Source of the DNA: a virus
IMG/VR virus record: IMGVR_UViG_3300043418_000120
Coordinates: 109,881 to 173,880 of that record
Strand: one strand, 5' to 3'
DNA length: 64,000 nt
A model generated the notes under the pieces. That model saw only the letters and a program-made list of their open reading frames with translations. It was not told where the DNA came from and did no database searches. Of this stretch, positions 33,453 to 42,300 are shown one piece after another. Every line of letters starts with the position of its first letter. Within the stretch, counting starts at the first letter, position 1. A program made the translations under genes and the position numbers.

Positions 33453-33455
33453 AAG

Positions 33456-33479
33456 AAAGGCTCCTTCGGGAGCCTTTTT
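33456..33479. terminator. bidirectional intrinsic terminator
   Basis: AAAGGCTCC-TTCG-GGAGCCTTTTT. Confidence 0.9.
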
Positions 33480-34081
33480 CATTTCCAGTGTGGACCGCTG
33501 AAGTTAAAATCTAAGTGGTATTTGTACCCAGAGAGAACTGGGTTGATCTGAGCATAGCGGAAAGCTGGGTATACATACAGTAAGCCCTTTGATCGTAGCT
33601 CGGTTGGATTTGGCAAGTCTTTCATTGTGCCAAAGTATAACAAAATGTCACCACCCTCATAGTCCTTCGGATCGGAGAGAACTAGAGACGCGCAGAGTTT
33701 GTACTGCATGTGGTTAGAGATCCAATTAACACGTTGCTGTTTGGACCAATGTGCCTTTTCGGCACCATCGTATTCTGTAATCCATGTTGTCTTGTTCTTC
33801 TCTTGGTAGAAGTGCGCAAAGTTAATGTCAAAGAGGAACATGTCCTCGTTTGCTCTTCTGACTACATCAACTACGCGATTGACAATGGGAGTGAACTTAT
33901 CTTCTGATGGATTGATGAAGAGAACCTTACTTGTGCGTAAGGTGAAGTCAACCTTAGAGTTTGGAGGATAACCAACCGCTGGTCGAATTGCTTCGCCTGA
34001 GTTGGTCTTGAAGTGATCAATCAACATCAAACATTCATCGTCGCTCAGAAACTTGTTCTGATAATAAATTTCACCTAACAT
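33479..34081 (-). CDS. 2OG-Fe(II) oxygenase-like protein, metal ligands apparently lost
   Basis: KL.AS..LSDP.DYEGG and KG...YP motifs, but no HxD...H. Confidence 0.65.
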   Translation of the reverse strand: MLGEIYYQNKFLSDDECLMLIDHFKTNSGEAIRPAVGYPPNSKVDFTLRTSKVLFINPSEDKFTPIVNRVVDVVRRANEDMFLFDINFAHFYQEKNKTTWITEYDGAEKAHWSKQQRVNWISNHMQYKLCASLVLSDPKDYEGGDILLYFGTMKDLPNPTELRSKGLLYVYPAFRYAQINPVLSGYKYHLDFNFSGPHWK

Positions 34082-34088
34082 AATTCCC

Positions 34089-35732
34089 TTATCTTGTTAC
34101 TGGGTAGAATCTTCTATCTAGATACTTATCAAGAGTTGTTTCACGGTTCACTGGATCTTTCGTAGTCTTCTTCTCGGCAGGAGCTGAGCCACCAGATACG
34201 TTTGTCACTGGAGCATTAACAATGGTATTGCTTGCTGGTGTGGGTTGAACCGCTGCTTCTTTCATTGAAGTAACCTGTGTGTTGGTTTGGTTCAATACTT
34301 GACCAGTAGACACAGGGGCAACTGTAGCTGCCGTAGCTGACTGAGCAATCTTCTGAGCAGCAGCAGTTGGCGCCATTGATGCCTTCTGAACAGCTGCTTT
34401 ATGAGCAGTCGCATCATCAGCACCAGAGTCTTTCTGCTTCATGTATTCTTGTTGGTAGGCTGGCGACTGAGTAACCGCATCAACATTCGTAGTTGTCTTT
34501 TGGTTGTTGTTTGTTGTGCTAGTAGAAGTATTACCAGCTGCAGTAGCTGGAGCAGCTGCGGCACCTGGACCTGACAATGCTTGATAACCTTGAACAGCAC
34601 CGCCACCAACTGCTTGACCAGCCTTCTTACCACCCCAGTAACCTACAGCACCACCAATCAAACCACCAATGGCAGTTCCTACAACTGGAACGACAGAACC
34701 AATTGCTGCCCCAGCAGCAGCACCAGCGAGAGCACCACCAGCGCCTCCAACTCCACCGCCCACTGCCTCGCCTTTCTTAACCTGACCTTCTTCTTTAGTA
34801 ATCTCGCCAGATTTGACTTTGTCATCAGCTTCTTTGTAATCACTGTATCCCTCGTATGCGGCAGTACCAACTGCTAGAACACCACCACCGATCTTAGCAA
34901 ACTTACCCAGCTTGCCAGCAGCAGAAGCAAGTTTACCTGCCTTACCTGCTGCCTTACCTTTACCGTTACCAGCTAGATCGCCAGCCATCTCAGCAGCTGA
35001 ACTTAGCAGCCCACCACCTCCACCACCTTCGCCTGACTTCTCGACCAAAGTCTCAAGGGCTTCGACCATCTTGTCAGTACGCTCGGTTTGTTTCTTAAAG
35101 AAGTCGTCAGAGATTGTGTAGAGAGCAGTAAGATCGCTCTCTTGTTTCTTCGTAACTTCCATCTGTTCTTTAGACATCTCAGCTGCTTCGATCTTGGCTT
35201 CGCCAGATTCAACTTGCTGGATAGACTGGTCCTTGGCTTCAGTTTCTTTCTTGCGTGGATCTAGCTTCTCAAGTTCTGCGCCAAGTGCTTTCTGGCGGTC
35301 TAAGTTCTCTTGATCAACCTTATACCCAGCCTCAGTAACTTTCTTCTCTTGAGTTTGAAGCTCAGCCATCTCTTTCTGTTTAGACTGGATTTGCTCAAAG
35401 AGATCCTCACCAACTTGACGTGATGTGTCAAGTGATAGATTCTTACCTGCCGTGGAATGATTCTGGAAATTCTGAACGAACGCCTCTTTGTCTTGGTGAC
35501 GTTGTTCCTTTGCTTCTGCTTTCTTTTTGTATGCCTCAGCTACACCAGTAAGACCAAGCCCCTCGAAGAAAGAAGCGCCACCTGCACCAGCGCCCATCTT
35601 CCCACCAGTAACGGCTGGTCTAATCTTGTTCTCGTAAGATGTTTTCAATGTGTTGGCCAAGTCGCCTGCGAACTGTTTAAGTTTCAGGTTACCTGGATTC
35701 ATCTCTTCGATTTTATCTAGTACTAGTCTCAT
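34089..35732 (-). CDS. tape measure / baseplate hub (gp29-like)
   Basis: coiled-coil plus Gly/Ala-rich glycine zipper; follows gp26/gp51. Confidence 0.6.
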   Translation of the reverse strand: MRLVLDKIEEMNPGNLKLKQFAGDLANTLKTSYENKIRPAVTGGKMGAGAGGASFFEGLGLTGVAEAYKKKAEAKEQRHQDKEAFVQNFQNHSTAGKNLSLDTSRQVGEDLFEQIQSKQKEMAELQTQEKKVTEAGYKVDQENLDRQKALGAELEKLDPRKKETEAKDQSIQQVESGEAKIEAAEMSKEQMEVTKKQESDLTALYTISDDFFKKQTERTDKMVEALETLVEKSGEGGGGGGLLSSAAEMAGDLAGNGKGKAAGKAGKLASAAGKLGKFAKIGGGVLAVGTAAYEGYSDYKEADDKVKSGEITKEEGQVKKGEAVGGGVGGAGGALAGAAAGAAIGSVVPVVGTAIGGLIGGAVGYWGGKKAGQAVGGGAVQGYQALSGPGAAAAPATAAGNTSTSTTNNNQKTTTNVDAVTQSPAYQQEYMKQKDSGADDATAHKAAVQKASMAPTAAAQKIAQSATAATVAPVSTGQVLNQTNTQVTSMKEAAVQPTPASNTIVNAPVTNVSGGSAPAEKKTTKDPVNRETTLDKYLDRRFYPVTR

Positions 35733-35923
35733 TTCTTATTCTTCTCTCTTAATCGTTCTTTTTCTTCTTCTAAGTGATTCAAAAGCATAGTGACGTAGAT
35801 TTCTCTTTCGAAGGGCACCATATTCTCTAGATCCTCAAGCGAGTACTTATGGTGCTGTAACAAACCAAAATTTATTTGATAATGGTTGAACAAGCTGTCA
35901 TGACTAAGGCAAATTAGAAAAAA
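35729..35923 (-). CDS. gp51-like baseplate hub assembly frame, probably reached by -1 frameshift from gp26
   Basis: LICLSHDSLFNHYQINFGLLQHHKYSLEDLENMVPFEREIYVTMLLNHL; slippery T TTT TTC. Confidence 0.7.
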   Translation of the reverse strand, partial: FFLICLSHDSLFNHYQINFGLLQHHKYSLEDLENMVPFEREIYVTMLLNHLEEEKERLREKNKK

Positions 35924-36621
35924 CTTTCGATACCTTCTACAGTGTAGGTGTTATGAGCGCCACACTTTGGACAGTCATACTCAACTACTTGCTGTAGTTT
36001 AGGGGTTGACTCAAAGAATTTCTTCAGCTTCTTAGTAGGAGCAGTCGGTAGGTCTTCAAGGAATTTGATAAGGTCTTCTTCCTTTTGTTCTTTGGCTGGG
36101 TAAACTGACTCAGCGTCATAGATGTAATCTACATGGTGAGCAATCATGCGCAGGATAGCATCGGCATCATTCAGGTCCAGTTTCTGGATCTCTTTCAGCA
36201 TGTCAACGGTAGCGTACTTCATGACAACACCAACGTCCTCAAACAAATCAATCTTGTTTGAGTGGTCATCTTCTTTGACCAGCTTCGGCTCAATCTTGAA
36301 GCCGATCTTTGTTTTCTCACCACAGGCTTTGTCGCGGCATGTAAATAGCAAGTCGACGTTCTCGCCGACAGACTTTGCGCGTAGCTGGGTAAAGATGTAT
36401 TCGATGTCAAAGATTGGCAGTTCGTCAACCTTTGTGTCGCCAAGGATACAGTTAGAGATAACTGCCTTCAATGTGTCTAGCATTGTTACCTCGTCTTCGC
36501 TCTGCTGAGCAAGGAGAAGGTTCTTTTCATCCTTAACGAGGAATGGGCGATACTTAACTTCCTTGCCAGTTGATGGCAGTTTAAGTGTATAGATGGGGTG
36601 TTTGTATTGTGGCAAAGACAT
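35914..36621 (-). CDS. baseplate hub protein (gp26-like)
   Basis: LPSTG..V.YRPFLVK.EK.LL, FDIEYIF..LRAKSVGE, CPKCG motifs. Confidence 0.88.
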   Translation of the reverse strand: MSLPQYKHPIYTLKLPSTGKEVKYRPFLVKDEKNLLLAQQSEDEVTMLDTLKAVISNCILGDTKVDELPIFDIEYIFTQLRAKSVGENVDLLFTCRDKACGEKTKIGFKIEPKLVKEDDHSNKIDLFEDVGVVMKYATVDMLKEIQKLDLNDADAILRMIAHHVDYIYDAESVYPAKEQKEEDLIKFLEDLPTAPTKKLKKFFESTPKLQQVVEYDCPKCGAHNTYTVEGIESFF

Positions 36622-36623
36622 AA

Positions 36624-37043
36624 TTATTCCTTATTCATTTTAGAAATCATTTTATTCAAATCAGCAGTGCTACCCACAAAGATAGCATTGTTATTCGTGA
36701 CTTTCTTGTTACCTTCGGCAGAGCCTTTAGGATTATCAAGTTGTTGTTTCTGTTTGTGCAGATCCATCATTTGCTGGTTCACGTCAGCCATTTGTTTGAT
36801 GAGAGTGCCTACAACTTCAAATGCTCTTGGGTGTTCAGATTGCTTAGCAACCTCAAGCGCGCCCATCAATGCATCTTCGCCTTGCATAAGCAGAAGCTGT
36901 AGATTCTTTCTCGCTTGCTCGAAGTCAGAATCAACTGACTCCTGAGCAACTTCGTCTTTAATAACGAGTTCACGTGTTACCCCTTTCGGGGCATCATTAA
37001 CCTCGATATCGAAAATTTCACTAAGGTTTGTATCAGTCTTCAA
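36624..37043 (-). CDS. terminase small subunit (gp16-like)
   Basis: D.E.AR.NL, SEHPRAFEV, NNAIFVGST.DL motifs; TTG start. Confidence 0.82.
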   Translation of the reverse strand: MKTDTNLSEIFDIEVNDAPKGVTRELVIKDEVAQESVDSDFEQARKNLQLLLMQGEDALMGALEVAKQSEHPRAFEVVGTLIKQMADVNQQMMDLHKQKQQLDNPKGSAEGNKKVTNNNAIFVGSTADLNKMISKMNKE

Positions 37044-37437
37044 TTTTAGCTCTTCCTTTGCTTAATGCAGGTGTAACACTTGAAACAACAGGTGTTACTG
37101 GCATTGGCACAGCTGGGATAGGTGTAGGCGCAACAGGAGCAATTACTGGAGGAGTTGCGTTAGCAGCTGTACCAGCAAGTTTCTCTTGAGTGCGACCGAA
37201 CGCAGCGATACCAAGAACAGCGCCCATCGCTACGTGGAATAAACCAGCGCCTTGCAATGTTAGCGGTTGCCATTGGGTTAGGGTTTGGTGCGTTACTGTT
37301 TGCAGAATACTCCAAAGAATTGGGAACACACCCATATCTAGCGTACAGATAAGCATGTACATCCAGCCCATAGCTGGACGCCATTTCTTCTGCATCCAAT
37401 CTTCATCTTTCTTTTCTACTTGTTGTTCATCAGCCAT
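37033..37437 (-). CDS. 3TM/GTA-type holin-like protein
   Basis: KWRPAMGW.Y and LG...FGRT.EK motifs. Confidence 0.7.
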   Translation of the reverse strand: MADEQQVEKKDEDWMQKKWRPAMGWMYMLICTLDMGVFPILWSILQTVTHQTLTQWQPLTLQGAGLFHVAMGAVLGIAAFGRTQEKLAGTAANATPPVIAPVAPTPIPAVPMPVTPVVSSVTPALSKGRAKIED

Positions 37438-37456
37438 GGTAGTTCCTTTGTTATTT

Positions 37457-38125
37457 TTATTGTGGAGCTTCATCACTTGCTTGGTTAGGCACATCAAGAA
37501 CGTTCTGACCACTCAAGCGAGGATTTAGGTTGGCACTCGACACACCAGAACCAATACTATTTGTTGGAACTGGTGATGCGCGTGGCGCCTCTTGCTTATC
37601 AATGGTCAACTGTCTCCAGTACTTGTACTCAATGGACACAGACAATTTTGTAACATCTTTAGAACCAGAGCTGAAGTTAATGGCAGCTACTGATTTTGGG
37701 AATGCCTCGTACAACTTCATAGCGTACTTCGGCGATTCGTTTTCTGAGAAATCCAGTTGTTGGATTTCAATTCTACCAATGTAGTCTTGGTAGTATCCAA
37801 TCATACGAGAGACTGGATTGACAATTCTAGCTTGCCACTCATCAAAGAACATCTTAATTTCCATCTCTTGATCAAGAATGAACTCGAGATTGACTGGCTC
37901 GAACGAACGGTTATAAACAACCTCTCGCTGTTCACCAAAGGTGTTTGTTGGATTCGATAGCAGGTTCATACCTGGCATAGATACCGAGTCGCAATAGAAT
38001 GTCAGTTTGTCATCAGGCGCATCTGAGATTAGAGACGCAGGTGGTGTGATGATTACTAAGTAACGATTGCTTCTTGCTAAGCCTTCGCCCTTTACTAACG
38101 CAATGAATTCGTTGATCGATGCCAT
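37457..38125 (-). CDS. baseplate tail tube initiator (gp54-like)
   Basis: G.AR.NRY.V, C.SVS.PG, L.EAFPKSV, Y.YW motifs. Confidence 0.8.
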   Translation of the reverse strand: MASINEFIALVKGEGLARSNRYLVIITPPASLISDAPDDKLTFYCDSVSMPGMNLLSNPTNTFGEQREVVYNRSFEPVNLEFILDQEMEIKMFFDEWQARIVNPVSRMIGYYQDYIGRIEIQQLDFSENESPKYAMKLYEAFPKSVAAINFSSGSKDVTKLSVSIEYKYWRQLTIDKQEAPRASPVPTNSIGSGVSSANLNPRLSGQNVLDVPNQASDEAPQ

Positions 38126-38718
38126 TAAAATGCCTTTCTTGAATCTCGCCAGACTTGTTCTTTGTTTGCTTTCGCGAAGCGTTCAACTGGTAACATCATT
38201 GCAGTTACCCAATGTTCTGGTTCAATTTTAGCGAAGCGACTTTTTACATGATCATTCAAGTACATCTTAACGCAGGGCTGTGCCCATCCAAACTTGGCAC
38301 TACCAGCAATCAACTGATACTTGAATTTCAGTCGAGTGCTTTCGCTAATGCCTTTGGTGTTGGAGAATACCATCAATCTGTCCAGCAGCTTTACGCGAAG
38401 CAATGGTGGAAGATAGTGGAAGTTCAATCCATAGAAGCCACCCTTGACCTTACGGAATGGGATGACTAGAGGAAAACGGTCAAAGTATGGGAGTGTGTCC
38501 TTATGCTTTGGGTCATAGTAAAACAGGTACATATCTCCAGGCATCAGCGTACTGACGAAGTTAGCTGAGTTCAGCAACTTGTTTGGTGTAACTGCTGATA
38601 GTCCTCTAACCTGAGCAGAGAACCACGACTGCGACTTCTTGGCAGCTGTGATGTCATAGGCTCTTGCGGCGAAGACGTCTTCTAAAGATTTTGCGGAGAT
38701 GATTTTATTTTCGTTCAT
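38125..38718 (-). CDS. DNA end protector (gp2)
   Basis: YDPKHK.TLPY.D.FPL, GLNFHYLP, C.K.YL..HV motifs. Confidence 0.9.
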   Translation of the reverse strand: MNENKIISAKSLEDVFAARAYDITAAKKSQSWFSAQVRGLSAVTPNKLLNSANFVSTLMPGDMYLFYYDPKHKDTLPYFDRFPLVIPFRKVKGGFYGLNFHYLPPLLRVKLLDRLMVFSNTKGISESTRLKFKYQLIAGSAKFGWAQPCVKMYLNDHVKSRFAKIEPEHWVTAMMLPVERFAKANKEQVWRDSRKAF

Positions 38719-38723
38719 AGAAC

Positions 38724-39182
38724 CTATTTATTCTTATACCAGCTGGCGGTAATCCCCAGATGCTTCTCGGTCAGGATAATAAATTCCCAACCACGATCCT
38801 TTGCATAAGCATCTGCAGCTTTCCATTTTGCTTCATTCTTACCCCAAGTCATAACTTCATTGAGGTAACGCTTGGTCAAACGCTTCTTTACAGCTGGTGG
38901 TCTTGTCTGAGCTTCTGGCTTAATCTCGATGAGGTATGTCTTCAGCTGCCCACTCTTGGTTCTTATCTGAATCTGGAAATCCACAAAGTAACGGTGGACT
39001 CTGTTGTCTACTGGTGAAACATAGGGTACAACTGTCTCCTCCGAGCGCCATTTAAGGACACTTGGCTTCTCGTCAGCCCAGTTCATAAAGCGTAGCTCCC
39101 AACTCGAACGGTAAATGATGTTCGTCGGATCTCCACTATATTTCTCTGGATTCTTCGGTTTGAACTTTCCCTTGTAGAACAT
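38724..39182 (-). CDS. head completion nuclease (gp4)
   Basis: P.NP.KY.GD..NI.YRSSWE, RYFVDF, EIKP..QT, N.AKW motifs. Confidence 0.92.
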   Translation of the reverse strand: MFYKGKFKPKNPEKYSGDPTNIIYRSSWELRFMNWADEKPSVLKWRSEETVVPYVSPVDNRVHRYFVDFQIQIRTKSGQLKTYLIEIKPEAQTRPPAVKKRLTKRYLNEVMTWGKNEAKWKAADAYAKDRGWEFIILTEKHLGITASWYKNK

Positions 39183-39227
39183 GAATAAATATAACTAAAT
39201 AACAACCATCTTCTATTTAGGACAGAT

Positions 39228-40484
39228 ATGGCAGATACAAACGGCAGTGCGAATACGTCGAAGCAAGCGAACTCGCCCCAAACAGCTGGGATTAAGAGAG
39301 AGAAACGTCTCGACTTCAGCAAATACAACATCGAGAACCTTCATTACCCAATCGACCTGTTTAGCAGCCAGCCGAGCGCATCTGGACGCGCAAGTAGCAG
39401 TGAATCGTTCAACCAACAATACCTGAACTACGTGGTGTTTTACATCAACGTATCCGATCAGTCGCGTGTGTTTACTGAAGGTAAGGCTGAGATTGTTGGT
39501 GATGTGGATAAGTCCAGCCAGAACACCATCCAAGGTAAGCAAGCCTCTCTTGGTTCTGCTACAGGCGCAGCTGCTACAGGTGGCGCAGCGGTTGGTGCTG
39601 TAGTTGGTGCTGGTCAAGGTGTCGCTAACGGAGCTGGTGGTCTTGGTAAAGAAGGTGGCGCAGCGACATTCGTCAAAGGTACACTCGGTTCTTCTGCCGC
39701 TGGTGCGGTAAAGGGTGGTGCCGTTTCTGGTGCTGCTGTTGGTGCTGGTGGTAAGTCTCTTGAACTTGCTACTGGTGGTGACCTCAAGGCTACTAACAAA
39801 ATCAAACGACTGAAGAGCGCGATTGCTATGCACGTACCAAACGAAGTGTCTGTTGGATATCGTGCTACTTATGGCGAAGAAGAACTTGGCGCTATCTTTG
39901 GTGCCGCTGGCGAAGCTGCTACTAACAAGAACGTCAATGCCGCTACTGCTGGTGGACAAGGCGCCATCATGAAAGGTATGGAAGTAAACCCTGCTCGTGC
40001 TCTTCTGTCTGCTATGTACAAAGCTGCGCCAAACCCACGTAAGGAACAGTTGTTCAAGTCGATGGAGTTCCGTCGCTTCTCGTTCAACTATCAGTTCGCT
40101 CCTCGCTCTCCTCGTGAAGCGCAAAACGTCAAGCGCATCATTAACACTTTCAAATTCCACATGCATCCTGAGTTTCAGAACAACGTAAACAAGATGCTGT
40201 ATTTATTCCCATCAGAATTCGATATCGTTTACTACTTCGGCGACAAAGAACATCCTCACTTGAACCGTATCTCAACTTGTGTGTTGACCGACCTTCAAGT
40301 AAACTATGCACCTAACGGACAGTTGGCTACATTCGCTGACGGTTTCCCTACTCAGATTAACGTGCAAATGTCATTCCTTGAAATGGAAACAATGTCCAAA
40401 GAACGTTTCTTGGGAGAATCGCCAGATGGTTCTGTGTCGTTCAAGAACCAAGATTACAACGATCCTAACCTACCAGCGTTCTAA
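39228..40484 (+). CDS. baseplate tail tube cap (gp48)
   Basis: NP..EQLF....FR.FSF.Y.F.P.S..EA, FK..M.P, F.E.E motifs. Confidence 0.85.
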   Translation: MADTNGSANTSKQANSPQTAGIKREKRLDFSKYNIENLHYPIDLFSSQPSASGRASSSESFNQQYLNYVVFYINVSDQSRVFTEGKAEIVGDVDKSSQNTIQGKQASLGSATGAAATGGAAVGAVVGAGQGVANGAGGLGKEGGAATFVKGTLGSSAAGAVKGGAVSGAAVGAGGKSLELATGGDLKATNKIKRLKSAIAMHVPNEVSVGYRATYGEEELGAIFGAAGEAATNKNVNAATAGGQGAIMKGMEVNPARALLSAMYKAAPNPRKEQLFKSMEFRRFSFNYQFAPRSPREAQNVKRIINTFKFHMHPEFQNNVNKMLYLFPSEFDIVYYFGDKEHPHLNRISTCVLTDLQVNYAPNGQLATFADGFPTQINVQMSFLEMETMSKERFLGESPDGSVSFKNQDYNDPNLPAF

Positions 40485-40486
40485 TC

Positions 40487-41005
40487 ATGTCATACTTCAC
40501 AAACCTACCAAAGACTGTTATCGACTTCTCCAAATACGGAGAAGAGCCAAGACTATACTTGGTTACAGACATCATCACCAACGTTCGTGTCAAGATGGAA
40601 CTGTTAAAGAACATCGTGTACTATGAAGAGTACGATATTCGCGACGGTGATACACCAGAAATTATTTCTGAGCTGTTCTATAACACGCCACAATATCACT
40701 GGATTGTTATGCTCATCAATGAGCGTTTCGATTACATCAACGATTTCCCAATGGCGCAGTCTGCTCTTGAATCTTACATTCAAGCCAAGTACGGCGACAA
40801 CCTTTACGATATCCACCACTACGAAACTGTCGATGGATATGTTGTCAACTCAGACTACGTAAACCCACAGGGTCAAGCCGATGCTACACCAATGACTAAC
40901 TATGATTACGAAGTCGCTGTTAATGAATCAAAGCGCAGCATCAAAATGATTCCACCAAATATCCTTGGCGAAGTGCTAAGCCAATTCAGAGAGATTCTTA
41001 AGTGA
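40487..41005 (+). CDS. baseplate wedge protein (gp53)
   Basis: YF..LP, Y.I.DGDTPE.I, HWIVM..N, IHHYET, NE.KR.I motifs. Confidence 0.88.
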   Translation: MSYFTNLPKTVIDFSKYGEEPRLYLVTDIITNVRVKMELLKNIVYYEEYDIRDGDTPEIISELFYNTPQYHWIVMLINERFDYINDFPMAQSALESYIQAKYGDNLYDIHHYETVDGYVVNSDYVNPQGQADATPMTNYDYEVAVNESKRSIKMIPPNILGEVLSQFREILK

Positions 41006-42300
41006 CTACAACAGCCGATCAAGCAATTAAGTTTGCTGGTGATTACCAACTCATTGACGTGAAGTTGGGTTCAGCCAGAGGACTAATCTTCGACGTCTTT
41101 AACTTTGTTACTGACATCGCTATCTACGAGAACATCTTTTCGCCAACCATGTCTGGTTACATCGAACTTAACGATGCGCAAGACTTGGTGAATTTGATGC
41201 CAATGATCGGCGAGGAGAAATTGTTGATCACTTTCAAGTCACCATCTATGACTGACTCTGACGGTTTGTTCGAGCAAGCGTTCTACGTTTACAAGATGAC
41301 CGACCGCGAGTACACTGCCGAGCGCGCAGTTTCTTACAAGCTACACTTCGTTTCCTTCGAAACTATCCGAGACTTGAACTCTAAATTGAGCAAAGGTTTC
41401 TCTGGCACAATCAGTGATGTTGTTGCTAAGATTCTGCAGAATGACCTGAAGACAGAGAAGCCAGTGAACGTAGAGTCGACAAAGAACACAACAATGTATG
41501 TGTCCAACTACTGGTCGCCATTCACCAACGTGAACTACTTGGCCAAGCGTTCAATCTCAAACGTAAACGACTCAGCTAACTACGTGTTCTTCGAGAACAA
41601 CCGTGGGTTCAACTATACATCAATCGATGGCTTGCTTGAGAAGACAGCTGTGTCTCGTTACATCTATGACAATAACACACGTAAGCCATCCTCTGGTGGC
41701 GGCGGTGCTGGTCGTACTATTGCCAAAGACCTAGAGCGCATTAACACCTACAGAATCGACACTGCTTATGATTACATCAAACGCATTCAATCTGGTATGT
41801 ACGCTTCTCGTTTGATTACTCATGAGCTTGTGACCAAGACTTACAATGTACAGACTATGTTGTACCAAGATGAGTTCAAGAAACATAACCACTTGAACCC
41901 ACACCCAATGTCAACTCTTGGCTTACCTGCTAAGACATTCGCCACACTTGATGTGCAACCAAGAGCTCTTGAAACATACAACAACTTCAAGACCGATGGT
42001 ATGAAGAACTGGCGCTTGAAGAACGCAATGCAAATGAGTGAGATTAGCGCATACGCAATGGACATTACTGTTCCTGGACGTACTGATATTTGTGTTGGCG
42101 ACGTTGTTGAAGTGTTCATCTATCGTCCAACACCAATCAGTCAGAAAGACCAAGAAGAAGATATCATCGACAAGACATTCTCAGGTCGCTACTTGATCAC
42201 TGCTCTTTGCCATAGTCTAAATAGAGAAAAGCATGAGATGCATATGACACTCGTAAAAGATTCACTGATTATCGATCTAGCAAAAGAAGGCACCAAATAA
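41002..42300 (+). CDS. baseplate hub protein (gp27-like)
   Basis: IYE.IFSP.MSG, GEE, FFEN..GF, SGRYLITA..H motifs; between gp53 and gp5. Confidence 0.7.
   Translation: MTTTADQAIKFAGDYQLIDVKLGSARGLIFDVFNFVTDIAIYENIFSPTMSGYIELNDAQDLVNLMPMIGEEKLLITFKSPSMTDSDGLFEQAFYVYKMTDREYTAERAVSYKLHFVSFETIRDLNSKLSKGFSGTISDVVAKILQNDLKTEKPVNVESTKNTTMYVSNYWSPFTNVNYLAKRSISNVNDSANYVFFENNRGFNYTSIDGLLEKTAVSRYIYDNNTRKPSSGGGGAGRTIAKDLERINTYRIDTAYDYIKRIQSGMYASRLITHELVTKTYNVQTMLYQDEFKKHNHLNPHPMSTLGLPAKTFATLDVQPRALETYNNFKTDGMKNWRLKNAMQMSEISAYAMDITVPGRTDICVGDVVEVFIYRPTPISQKDQEEDIIDKTFSGRYLITALCHSLNREKHEMHMTLVKDSLIIDLAKEGTK

Noticed and set aside
39213-40166. 317-aa antisense ORF
   Set aside because: Shadow of gp48 caused by codon bias; no recognisable motifs
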